This document shows positions 8,951-17,286 of a stretch of DNA of 56,445 nucleotides, one piece after another. Both the position numbers and the translations under genes were made by a program. The stretch is from positions 1 through 56,445 of the IMG/VR virus record IMGVR_UViG_3300046485_000109. One strand, written 5' to 3'. This DNA comes from a virus (taxonomy: Duplodnaviria; Caudoviricetes). How positions within the stretch are numbered: position 1 is the stretch's first letter; each line of letters starts with the position of its first letter. The notes under the pieces are model-generated. The model saw only the letters and a program-made list of their open reading frames with translations, made no database searches and was not told the origin of the DNA.

Positions 8951-11164
8951 TTATTTGCCATCGTCGACAGTTAATTTAACTGCGACATTTACACCATTTG
9001 AAACATAACCTTTAGTCACTTCAGCTTTATAACCAACTTGAATTGATGTTGCATGACCAGCATATGTGATCACCGCGCAATCAGCAACTGTAAAGGTTTT
9101 AGTACCAATAGTAACTTGATTTCCAGAAACCGCTGTTACTTTAGCATTTGCTACTGCAGATTTAGCACCAGAAGGAACTGCGCAAGATGCTGCAGGTACT
9201 GGAGTAGCTGTTGCAGGTACTGGAGTAGCTGTTGCAGGTACTGGAGTTGCTGTTGCAGGTACTGGAGTTGCTGTCGCAGGAACCGGAGTAGCCGTTGCAG
9301 GTACTGGAGTTGCTGTCGCAGGTACTGGAGTTGCTGTCGCAGGTACTGGAGTAGCTGTTGCAGGTACTGGAGTAGCCGTTGCAGGTACTGGAGTTGCTGT
9401 TGGAACTATAACTACAGGAGCAGGATCAACAGTTACTGTAGTTGGAATACAGTACATTGGTTTCCCATTAGCATCGACTGCTGCGCCATATGAACCAGAA
9501 TAAGTAACAAATCCACCATTAGGGAATGTGCCATTCAATAATCCACCATTAAATGCATATACAACACCAGTTGCAGGAATTGCAAGTAGGGTTGAAGCAG
9601 TAGTAATGTACGCAGATTTCAAAATAGTTCCGTCGATTTTTGCAATGCTTCCATTTCGTGCAGTACCATTAAGAATTACTTCACTTACACCAGAACAAGC
9701 TTGGGCTACTGGAGGTGGAGCAACTATTTGGCCATTAGCATTTAAAATGTTCATTGTATAAACTTGAGCACTTACAGTTCCATCAACATCTGTTACATGA
9801 ACAGTAAAAGTAAATGCACCAGCAACCGTAGGTGTTCCAGAAATAATACCGGTGTCAGGCGTAATTGCTAAACCATCAGGTAATGCACCAGTATCAACAG
9901 TTATAAAATAAGGAGCATTACCACCAAAGACAATAGTATTATCTTCCATTTTGGTATTGACTTTAATATCTGGCAAATTAGGTAGTTGTGTCAATGGCAT
10001 AACATCTTCAAATGCAACCATATTACCAGCTAAGTAAGTACCAACAAGTGCAACTTTAGAACAATCATATTGAGCGGTAAAAACATCAAAGATTGCAGGA
10101 TCCCAAGTAGTAATACCTACATTTGTTTGTGAACCGTGGATACCATCAGGACCAATTGCATCACACATTTGCTCATGTGTTTCATAGTCAAATGATTCAA
10201 CTGGTGCAATATTTTTAAACCATTCATATTTGCGAGTAATAGTTTCATCATTAGCTACATTTTCAGCAGCACCAACATGAGCTTGTTTGGCTCCACCATT
10301 TTGTCCAGCTGGTGGGGTTTGAACAAGATACCACTCACTTTCAATTTGAGCAGGTTCACCATTTTGCCAATCAGCTAAACCATCTCCATTATTATCTTCA
10401 TTAACCAACGCTTTTACAACGTCATCAGCATTTTTTCCGATTTTTTTATTATGAGTTGAAGTTTTAGTAACTTTCAACCATGTTGGTGTACCCCATTGAG
10501 CAGGAGGAACTGGAGCTTTTTCAGCGGGTGCTGGTTGAATAGGAACTACTTGAACAACTGGTGGTTGAACAGGAGCTACCCAAGGTTGAACAGGAGCTGG
10601 AGCTTGAAATACAGGAGCAGCCATACTTGCACCAGGGACAAGAGCACCAGCACTAGTACCGTGAACTAGTTTGCCAGTACCATCATCATTCAACCAATAA
10701 TAAGCAATAGATGTAACACCAGTTGGACCAGCTGACATTGCTGTCACGAAATGTTCACAACCTGTATCACCAACAGGTGAGGTACAAGAATGTCCACCAG
10801 TTGCCCAAGTACCAGACATTGGAATAGTGTTAACTACATATTTGCCAGTGGCATCTTTTAAAGATTCATAATGAACGACTGCATGAGGTTTACCAGCAGC
10901 ATCAGTATAAGAAGTAATTGTAGGTGCTTTATATCGACCATAAGTCCATGTATAACCTACTTGAGAAGGAAACGCATTTTCATAATCGATTTCAAACCCG
11001 TATGCAGGTTTACCAGTATCATTTGCGATGTCAAAGTTACCGGCAGTGCCACTTAGCACTCCAGCTGTAGAACCGCAAACACCATATCCATTACATGCTA
11101 CTGTCGCACTCGCAATAGGCGTAAAGAACGATGCCAAAAGCGGCACGTATTTCATAAATTTCAT
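8951..11164 (-). CDS. secreted surface protein: signal peptide, putative Ig (He_PIG-like) domain, PATATPV linker, DUF5666-like C-terminus
   Basis: Signal peptide ending ASA; GALPDGL...GIISGTPT Ig motif; late promoter at 11222-11229. Confidence 0.75.
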   Translation of the reverse strand: MKFMKYVPLLASFFTPIASATVACNGYGVCGSTAGVLSGTAGNFDIANDTGKPAYGFEIDYENAFPSQVGYTWTYGRYKAPTITSYTDAAGKPHAVVHYESLKDATGKYVVNTIPMSGTWATGGHSCTSPVGDTGCEHFVTAMSAGPTGVTSIAYYWLNDDGTGKLVHGTSAGALVPGASMAAPVFQAPAPVQPWVAPVQPPVVQVVPIQPAPAEKAPVPPAQWGTPTWLKVTKTSTHNKKIGKNADDVVKALVNEDNNGDGLADWQNGEPAQIESEWYLVQTPPAGQNGGAKQAHVGAAENVANDETITRKYEWFKNIAPVESFDYETHEQMCDAIGPDGIHGSQTNVGITTWDPAIFDVFTAQYDCSKVALVGTYLAGNMVAFEDVMPLTQLPNLPDIKVNTKMEDNTIVFGGNAPYFITVDTGALPDGLAITPDTGIISGTPTVAGAFTFTVHVTDVDGTVSAQVYTMNILNANGQIVAPPPVAQACSGVSEVILNGTARNGSIAKIDGTILKSAYITTASTLLAIPATGVVYAFNGGLLNGTFPNGGFVTYSGSYGAAVDANGKPMYCIPTTVTVDPAPVVIVPTATPVPATATPVPATATPVPATATPVPATATPVPATATPVPATATPVPATATPVPATATPVPATATPVPAASCAVPSGAKSAVANAKVTAVSGNQVTIGTKTFTVADCAVITYAGHATSIQVGYKAEVTKGYVSNGVNVAVKLTVDDGK
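9192..9404 (-). repeat. about ten 21-bp coding tandem repeats (PATATPV)
   Basis: gcaggtactggagtwgctgty units with synonymous variation. Confidence 0.9.
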
Positions 11165-11288
11165 TTATTTCTCTCCAAGGGTAGTAAATTTAATTGTTTA
11201 TAAAGTATAACGAACACTAAGTATTTATAGTCAAAAATTGTATTACGATTTGTAATAGAATTTTTTTAATATAATTTTAATGTTAAAC

Positions 11289-11321
11289 AAGGATCAGCAA
11301 CCATTATGGTTGCTGATCCTT
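11289..11321. terminator. near-perfect palindromic hairpin, probable terminator
   Basis: AAGGATCAGCAACCAT-T-ATGGTTGCTGATCCTT. Confidence 0.6.
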
Positions 11322-11361
11322 TCTGATAACCGCTTTTAACGGTTGGGAATAGCCTAAAATT

Positions 11362-11820
11362 TTAAAGTGCTTTCAAAATTTTAGAAGGTTCTACGGCTTG
11401 TTTGTTGACGTAAAATTTGCCGTGTGAAAAGCTGACTTTTTTATCAGCAACTTCAATCAAAAAGCCGCGATTGATAAATTTGACATGTTTTTTATCCAAG
11501 TGATTTTTCAAACCTGTCATATCAACAACTTTAACTCGTTGACGTTCTGTTTTTTCAACTTTGGCTCTATCTTCGTCGGTAACACGAAACGCTTTAAGCT
11601 CTTTATTCAATTGGATCAATTGGATCAATTCAGGTTCGATTGTTTTACGAACTTCTACAGCAGCTTTATAAACCGCTTTCAGTTCGGTAAAATCTTTTCC
11701 TTCAGCTTTAGCAGCAATTACTTCTGCTTTAGCATATTGAGCAGCATGTACTGCTTCAACGAATTTTGCCAATACTTCATTTTTGGCAACCAGTTTTTCT
11801 TGATATGTTTGAGTTCTCAT
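11362..11820 (-). CDS. early hypothetical protein
   Basis: GGAGAATTACG leader; promoter at 11884-11933 with upstream box. Confidence 0.7.
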   Translation of the reverse strand: MRTQTYQEKLVAKNEVLAKFVEAVHAAQYAKAEVIAAKAEGKDFTELKAVYKAAVEVRKTIEPELIQLIQLNKELKAFRVTDEDRAKVEKTERQRVKVVDMTGLKNHLDKKHVKFINRGFLIEVADKKVSFSHGKFYVNKQAVEPSKILKAL

Positions 11821-12050
11821 CGTAATTCTCCAGTAAATTTATCATCTTAGGTTTTTTAGTTCGGTATCTCCGAACATGAGAATATAATATCACATTACGG
11901 AAAAATGTAAACATTTATTTGTGTGAACTGGTTAACAGTTTTTGAAGACATCTAGCAATAGATGTAGTGATATTTCTTCTGTTTTCGCATTTGTACTTAC
12001 TCCAATAATAGAACTTAATCTATTTGTTGAAAAAGTACAAAAACAATCAT

Positions 12051-12124
12051 TGGAGCGGGCTACGAGAATCTAACTCGTTTCTTTCGCTTGGAAGGCGAAG
12101 GCCCGGACAATAGACCAAGCCCGC
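12051..12124 (-). tRNA. tRNA-Gly(TCC) with CCA, atypical D and T loops
   Basis: GCGGGCT/AGCCCGC-T-CCA; TTCGC-CTTCCAA-GCGAA; T-loop TTAGATT. Confidence 0.85.
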
Positions 12125-12133
12125 ATGTTTTAT

Positions 12134-12442
12134 TTATACTTCTAAGTAAAGCGCTAAAGCAACATCAGAAAATTCTTGTGGGAATTCATTTCTGAGTTTT
12201 AATAATTGATCGCTGTCGTAATTGATGTTAATTGTAACAAATTCATTTTTCTGTTGTCCTTTTAAACCTAAGGCAACATATGCTCTGACATGTTCATAAG
12301 TTATATTTAATCCTTTGGCTCGACATTGAGCAAATAATTCATCACGAGCATTGGCAAGAATTTCTGCTTCATAAATCAATGGATCACGACCCGCTGGTAT
12401 TTCTTCATAAGACTGAAGTCTAAATGTATATTCTATAAGCAT
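12134..12442 (-). CDS. hypothetical protein
   Basis: Starts 1 nt after the upstream stop. Confidence 0.6.
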   Translation of the reverse strand: MLIEYTFRLQSYEEIPAGRDPLIYEAEILANARDELFAQCRAKGLNITYEHVRAYVALGLKGQQKNEFVTININYDSDQLLKLRNEFPQEFSDVALALYLEV

Positions 12443-12443
12443 T

Positions 12444-13049
12444 TTATAAATCCTTCAATATTAATCTAATATGTTTTTTATCTACATCATAGGACCAAAC
12501 TCTATTATCAAAATCCCAGTCCTCTAATCCGTGATATATTACAACATCTTTTTCTAAAAAAGTTCCGTCACTTATATCAATAATATCAACAGTGATATCA
12601 GTCATTTTACTTAAACTTGACCATAATTTTCTAGCACCAAAAAATTGAGTTTCATCACCGAGAATATTAAATTTCAATTCTTTTACGAAATATCGATATA
12701 ATGATGTTGCTATTCGTAGTCCTTTCATTTTATCTGGAACTTTAACTCCTTCAACATTCATAAAAGTTTCTTGCATATTAGGAATGTTTGTAGGTTTAAA
12801 TTCAATTTGAAAATTTTCTTCAAATCTGGTTTCATCATTTTTTTTAATAAAGTCACCAACTATATAAAAATCACTCGACTTCAACTTGTAAATTTTCTTA
12901 ATACCTAAATACAGAATTTCAAGTTCGCCAATATAATCATATTGAGTTTTTAATACAGCTTCACCTCTATAAGTAATAGTCAATTCACCAAGTTGCCAAT
13001 CACCATATGCTGCTATTGCGTTCATCTCTAAAAGTTCTTTAATTTTCAC
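12444..13049 (-). CDS. GNAT-like acetyltransferase with MKIKELLE leader
   Basis: VKVPDKMKGLRIATSLY...DETQFFGARKLW; paralog of 15569-16195. Confidence 0.6.
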   Translation of the reverse strand: MKIKELLEMNAIAAYGDWQLGELTITYRGEAVLKTQYDYIGELEILYLGIKKIYKLKSSDFYIVGDFIKKNDETRFEENFQIEFKPTNIPNMQETFMNVEGVKVPDKMKGLRIATSLYRYFVKELKFNILGDETQFFGARKLWSSLSKMTDITVDIIDISDGTFLEKDVVIYHGLEDWDFDNRVWSYDVDKKHIRLILKDL

Positions 13050-13101
13050 TGTATTGCCTTAAAATAAATCGCTCCAAAATTACACTCATTAAATGTAATT
13101 T

Positions 13102-13172
13102 TGGAGCGAGAGAGAATCGAACTCTCAAGAGAGCAATGCAAATGCTCCAGTTTCCCATTAGCTTACCGCCCC
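13102..13172 (-). tRNA. tRNA-Ala(TGC), no encoded CCA
   Basis: GGGGCGG/TCGCTCC with G3:U70; GAGCA-TTTGCAT-TGCTC; TTCGATT loop. Confidence 0.9.
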
Positions 13173-13182
13173 ATAAATTTAG

Positions 13183-13294
13183 TTGATAAACAAAAGTAAT
13201 AATTGAGTTAAAGTTAACCATATTCAAGCTAGGAATCGAACCCAGAACTATTTTTTTGCAATAAAATGATAATCAATTATAAGCGGTTTATCAA
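13183..13294 (-). ncRNA. YrlA-like Y RNA with internal T-arm (copy 3)
   Basis: TTGATAAAC-CG...ATAATTGA-TTATC...CTGGG-TTCGATT-CCTAG...TCAATTAT...TTTT-GTTTATCAA. Confidence 0.65.
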
Positions 13295-13301
13295 AACCTT
13301 T

Positions 13302-13697
13302 TTAATGTACTTTTACTACTTCAATTCCACTTGAAGGTATTAAGCCTTCAAATACAAATTCAGTATGCAATTTAACTGTAGAAGAGCATATCATATAATC
13401 TAAATCAAACCAAGCATTTTCTAATTTACAATTACATAATCCAAAGATAGGAGTAAAAGTAACACCCGGTGATGAAACAGTTATATTTGATAATTTACGC
13501 TCTATTAGTTTTCTTATATCTTTAGAAAACTGTTCAAATGCTACAGGTATTTCAAAATCAATTTTAACTTTTTTATTCTTCAAATCAAAGTTAGCTTTAA
13601 CTACTTGTTTTGCTAAAATGCTATTTGGCAATGCATCAAATGTAATCGCAAATTGATGCGAAATCCACGGTTGTAAAATTCCCATTCCTGTTTCCAT
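13302..13697 (-). CDS. late protein, possible tail-tube-like paralog
   Basis: GILQP....F.ITF......LAKQV resembles jumbo-phage tube N-termini; late promoter at 13736-13743. Confidence 0.4.
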   Translation of the reverse strand: METGMGILQPWISHQFAITFDALPNSILAKQVVKANFDLKNKKVKIDFEIPVAFEQFSKDIRKLIERKLSNITVSSPGVTFTPIFGLCNCKLENAWFDLDYMICSSTVKLHTEFVFEGLIPSSGIEVVKVH

Positions 13698-13770
13698 TTT
13701 AAATACCTCTTATTATTCTTTCTGTTTTAAAGAGGTATTTATAGTAAAAGTAAGACTTGACATTTCGGCT

Positions 13771-14127
13771 CTAATTGCCTGGTGTGAGAGGTCTTAAAAT
13801 TACCTCTTTAACAGCCTTGACTACAAAAATAATATCTTCTGTTGACATAGATACTTTATCACAAAGTTGAACGGCTGCCTCACGATAGCTTTTATGAGCA
13901 AAACCTTGCCAGTTATGAACACCGTTTTTAACATCATAATACCATTCACAGCCATCAGTATGATTATGCTTACACAGTGTATTATGTAATACCACTGCCA
14001 GTTCTTCAACTGGCGATAAAAGTGTTAGTGCTTTAGCTTCTTCTAACTCAAGAGTCAACTTAAGTTTAGTGGCTTCAAGGTTTTCAATTTCTTTTTGTAA
14101 TTCATCAATGGTTTTCATGATCATCAT
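13771..14127 (-). CDS. hypothetical protein (LH..LC.HNHTDGC.W motif)
   Basis: Early promoter with box at 14191-14198. Confidence 0.6.
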   Translation of the reverse strand: MMIMKTIDELQKEIENLEATKLKLTLELEEAKALTLLSPVEELAVVLHNTLCKHNHTDGCEWYYDVKNGVHNWQGFAHKSYREAAVQLCDKVSMSTEDIIFVVKAVKEVILRPLTPGN

Positions 14128-14207
14128 CTCTCTTTAAAGTATGAATTCATTATATCCTGTTTTTCAAAATTGTACACACCTATTAGTGTGAACTAGTTAT
14201 CGTTTTT

Positions 14208-15080
14208 TCAAATTGTTAAAGAGCATATTTTCTGTTTAGTTTTAAATTCTCCGCAGCAGCTAAGACTACAAAATTTTCTATTTTTTCTAATATCTCGCTG
14301 ACAAGCTTTAAAAATAATTTCACAATTTAAACATTGTAATTCACTCCAATTTCGCTTTGGATCTAAAATCACTTTTTCTTTTTTCTTATTTTGTTCTTTA
14401 CTCCATCCAATAGGAATGATATCTATTTTTAAAATTTTAGTATTTTGTTTTGGTTTTCGTCCTTTACACCAACCAGATGGAATGATGTCTGTTTTTAATA
14501 TTTTAGTATTTTCTAAAGTATCTAAATTATAAATCCATATCTTTCCATACTGAGAATTCTTTTCACCTTGCTGATGACAATTATTTTTATGAATTAAACG
14601 AATTTTTAGTTTCGTTTCATCAGAATGTGTTTTTCCAGTAAAAGTATCATATTTTATTTTACCTTCAGCATGAAGTTTTTTAGCTAGTGTACTCATTCTA
14701 TTTTTATTTCGATTTACACATTCTTGATTATTCCAAAAATATTCAGCAACTTTTTTACCATTTTCTTTTCTAAATTCTTGATTTTCCATTTGATTAATAT
14801 AATCAAATCCGCCGTGACCTCCACGGCGGAGATTATAAACATCTTCCCTCAAGAGAAATTCCTCAGTTACGATTTCTTTTTCTCTTGCATACATATCTTC
14901 AGTATTACTAAAGAATTCTAGTATGTCTTTACGAAAGTTTTCTAAACCATGCTTTTCAATAGCATATTTTAACACCTTTCCTGAGCCCATATACCCATCT
15001 TCTAAATTCTGGGTTTTATGAACGCCAACATAGATCTTGTTATTCACGAGGTTAGTGATTTGATAGATGTAATAGTACAT
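14208..15080 (-). CDS. GIY-YIG homing endonuclease (Seg-like) with NUMOD3
   Basis: YIYQITNLVNNKIYVGVH...YMGSG...YNL; GKTHSDETK; late promoter at 15100-15107. Confidence 0.9.
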   Translation of the reverse strand: MYYYIYQITNLVNNKIYVGVHKTQNLEDGYMGSGKVLKYAIEKHGLENFRKDILEFFSNTEDMYAREKEIVTEEFLLREDVYNLRRGGHGGFDYINQMENQEFRKENGKKVAEYFWNNQECVNRNKNRMSTLAKKLHAEGKIKYDTFTGKTHSDETKLKIRLIHKNNCHQQGEKNSQYGKIWIYNLDTLENTKILKTDIIPSGWCKGRKPKQNTKILKIDIIPIGWSKEQNKKKEKVILDPKRNWSELQCLNCEIIFKACQRDIRKNRKFCSLSCCGEFKTKQKICSLTI

Positions 15081-15123
15081 ATATGTACCTCCTTACATCT
15101 ATTTATAACAATTCTACTTTGTG

Positions 15124-15194
15124 TATTCCTAACGGGTGTCGAGCCCGTGCTATCACCTTGAAAGGGTGATATTCTACCGTTAAACTATAGGAAT
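15124..15194 (-). tRNA. tRNA-Glu(TTC), no encoded CCA
   Basis: ATTCCTA/TAGGAAT; TCACC-CTTTCAA-GGTGA; T-loop CTCGACA. Confidence 0.85.
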
Positions 15195-15207
15195 ATAAAG
15201 CCTAAAT

Positions 15208-15280
15208 TCGGGATTGTAGGACTCGAACCTACGTCTCCGATTCCCAAAACCGGTGCTAAACCAACCTCAGCTAAACCCCG
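15208..15280 (-). tRNA. tRNA-Pro(TGG), no encoded CCA
   Basis: CGGGGTT/AATCCCG; CCGGT-TTTGGGA-ATCGG; TTCGAGT loop. Confidence 0.9.
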
Positions 15281-15312
15281 AATTTAGACTCTACTACTTT
15301 CTTTCAGACATT

Positions 15313-15342
15313 AAAAAAGGGAACCTGTTTAGAGTTCCCTTT
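15313..15342 (-). terminator. intrinsic terminator (attenuator) upstream of tRNA-Pro/Glu
   Basis: AAAGGGAAC-N9-GTTCCCTTT-TTT. Confidence 0.75.
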
Positions 15343-15367
15343 GATAAAGTCTTGTTACTTCTTAACT

Positions 15368-15481
15368 TTACAAAAGGAACCTCTTTCTATCACTCTCCGG
15401 ATACGACGGAGCATAACTTGGCGCAGCATAGCTTGCCTCGTCAATAATACTCATAATGTCAATAATTCTGGAAGTGTTCAT
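15368..15481 (-). CDS. 37-aa putative attenuator leader peptide
   Basis: MNTSRIIDIMSIIDEASYAAPSYAPSYPESDRKRFLL; its 3' end is the antiterminator strand. Confidence 0.6.
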   Translation of the reverse strand: MNTSRIIDIMSIIDEASYAAPSYAPSYPESDRKRFLL

Positions 15482-15568
15482 TTGTTTTTAACTCGCGTTT
15501 GTAATGTAAGTTTGTATATTCTATTTATAGGTTTTCTAAAAATTATGTAGTTATTTTATCACAATTTT

Positions 15569-16195
15569 TTAAGTTTGTACATCTTTATTTTTTGCTACTA
15601 ATAAAGTATAAGTTTTTGAATTATTAATAGACCAAATTTCAGCATCATCTATATTTAATCCATCATATACTTCAGGTTTACCATCTTTCATTCTCAGTTC
15701 AGTATCATCTGATATATAGACTTCATAATTATTTTTAATAGCCTTCTTAGCTACTTTTTTCCAAAGCTCTTTACCACCAAGGTATTGTAAATTATCTGAG
15801 ATAACAACATAACCAGCTTGTATTAGTGCAAGATAAAGATAATAACCAACACCACGACGTTGTTGAATTTTATTAATCTCAACACCATCTATTTGTAGAA
15901 CTTTTTCAGGTACATCTATATCTTCAATTGAAGATATATTTAAAGGCTTCTTAAAATCTACAGAACCTAAGATATAAGCACCAGGAGCATTATCATCGGG
16001 CCGTTCACCTCGTTCCCCTATAAAAGCAAAAGTTTTATCTTTAGATAAACCAACAATAAATGTTTTATCAAAAATAATATCATATTTTGCAGTTATACTA
16101 TTAGTAGTATAAAATTTTTTAAAATTACCAGAAATTAATGTTGGTAATTCTCTATTTATAAATTGAGGCATTTCAAATAATTCTTCAACTTTCAT
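15569..16195 (-). CDS. GNAT-like acetyltransferase with MKVEELFE leader
   Basis: QQRRGVGYYLY motif A; SDNLQYLGGKELW. Confidence 0.65.
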   Translation of the reverse strand: MKVEELFEMPQFINRELPTLISGNFKKFYTTNSITAKYDIIFDKTFIVGLSKDKTFAFIGERGERPDDNAPGAYILGSVDFKKPLNISSIEDIDVPEKVLQIDGVEINKIQQRRGVGYYLYLALIQAGYVVISDNLQYLGGKELWKKVAKKAIKNNYEVYISDDTELRMKDGKPEVYDGLNIDDAEIWSINNSKTYTLLVAKNKDVQT

Positions 16196-16243
16196 AAATT
16201 TATTTTATCACAATTTTAACTTTACGTATATCTTTACTTTTAA

Positions 16244-16270
16244 TGGTGCGCCAGGGGAGAATCGAACTCC
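16244..16270 (-). pseudogene. orphan tRNA 3' fragment (T arm, acceptor strand, CCA) of tRNA-Leu(TAG)
   Basis: GGAG-TTCGATT-CTCC-C-CTGGCGC-A-CCA; pairs with GCGCCGG at 17278-17284. Confidence 0.8.
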
Positions 16271-16312
16271 GGTAAAATTATAAATATAATTTTAATATAA
16301 TAAAACTAAATT

Positions 16313-17224
16313 ATGATAAATTTAACACCTAGATGTTCATGTATTATTTGTAGAAATAATCAATCTGCAAAAGGCATTCATTCTCATTTTATAACAGCAC
16401 ATACAAAAGAAGGAAATGATAGGATTAAAAATACTTCAAAACATTCTAGTGCTAAAGCAACAACTACTCGCAAAAATAAAAATTTTATTTTAAATTTAGA
16501 AAAATGGAAAATATATTATTCTAATCCTACTAAATGTAAACACTGCAACCAAGATCTTGATTGGTTTAAACGAAAAAATACATTTTGTGATGCTTCTTGT
16601 GCCGCTAATTTTACTAATAAATTACGTCCGGTTGGGCATTCTAGTCGAATTAAAAATAATAAAAATAGATCAGACAAACTTAAAAATTTTTATAAAGATA
16701 TTAGTAAAATAAAAATTGATACTAAAAAACAAAAATTTTCAAAAGTATCGTTTTGTCAAATTTGTAATAAATCTATTCCATACAAATTAATCAAAACGTG
16801 TTCTTCTAAATGTTATAAACAACTGCTAAGTATTAAAGCTTCAACACGAATGACACATCCACAAAATGGAAAAACTATTTTATACAATGGCATTAAATTA
16901 GGTTCATCATATGAATTAAAAGTAGCACAATCATTAGATGAATATAATATTACTTGGACTAAGCCAAAACCTTTATTATATACCGATCCAAATAATAAAA
17001 TGCGTCGTTACTTTGCAGATTTTTATCTTCCGGATTTTAATATCTATTTAGATCCGAAAAATGATTTTTTAATTAATAATACTAATCCAGAAACCGGATT
17101 TAATGATTGTGAAAAAATTAAACGGGCTGAAATTTATAATAATGTGAAGATTATAATTCTTAATAAAAATCAACTTAATTGGAATACTATAAGATTATTA
17201 ATTTGTAGGGAAGGAGGGACTTGA
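16313..17224 (+). CDS. putative homing endonuclease: Zn-finger clusters plus PD-(D/E)xK-like nuclease
   Basis: Multiple CxxC; SSYELKVA...YFADFYLPDFNIYLDPK; late promoter at 16279-16286; inverted inside a tRNA gene. Confidence 0.75.
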   Translation: MINLTPRCSCIICRNNQSAKGIHSHFITAHTKEGNDRIKNTSKHSSAKATTTRKNKNFILNLEKWKIYYSNPTKCKHCNQDLDWFKRKNTFCDASCAANFTNKLRPVGHSSRIKNNKNRSDKLKNFYKDISKIKIDTKKQKFSKVSFCQICNKSIPYKLIKTCSSKCYKQLLSIKASTRMTHPQNGKTILYNGIKLGSSYELKVAQSLDEYNITWTKPKPLLYTDPNNKMRRYFADFYLPDFNIYLDPKNDFLINNTNPETGFNDCEKIKRAEIYNNVKIIILNKNQLNWNTIRLLICREGGT

Positions 17225-17284
17225 ACCCTCACTCTTAAGAACTAGCATCTAAAACTAGCATGTCTGCCATTTCATCACCGGCGC
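17206..17284 (-). tRNA. tRNA-Leu(TAG) body with non-cognate 3' acceptor strand (disrupted or chimeric)
   Basis: CTAGT-TTTAGAT-GCTAG; variable arm; T arm intact; GCGCCGG cannot pair with local CTTCCCT. Confidence 0.75.
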
Positions 17285-17286
17285 AT

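Noticed and set aside
9192-9404. 21-bp repeats as a CRISPR array
   Set aside because: No spacers; in-frame coding repeats with synonymous variation.
11241-11257. CusR/CopR copper box
   Set aside because: Palindrome TATTAC-N5-GTAATA is present, but spacing and bases differ from the consensus I recall.
11322-11346. Sixth Y-like RNA (AACCG...GGTTATC)
   Set aside because: It forms a simple local hairpin and lacks the distal UUUG strand and upper stem.
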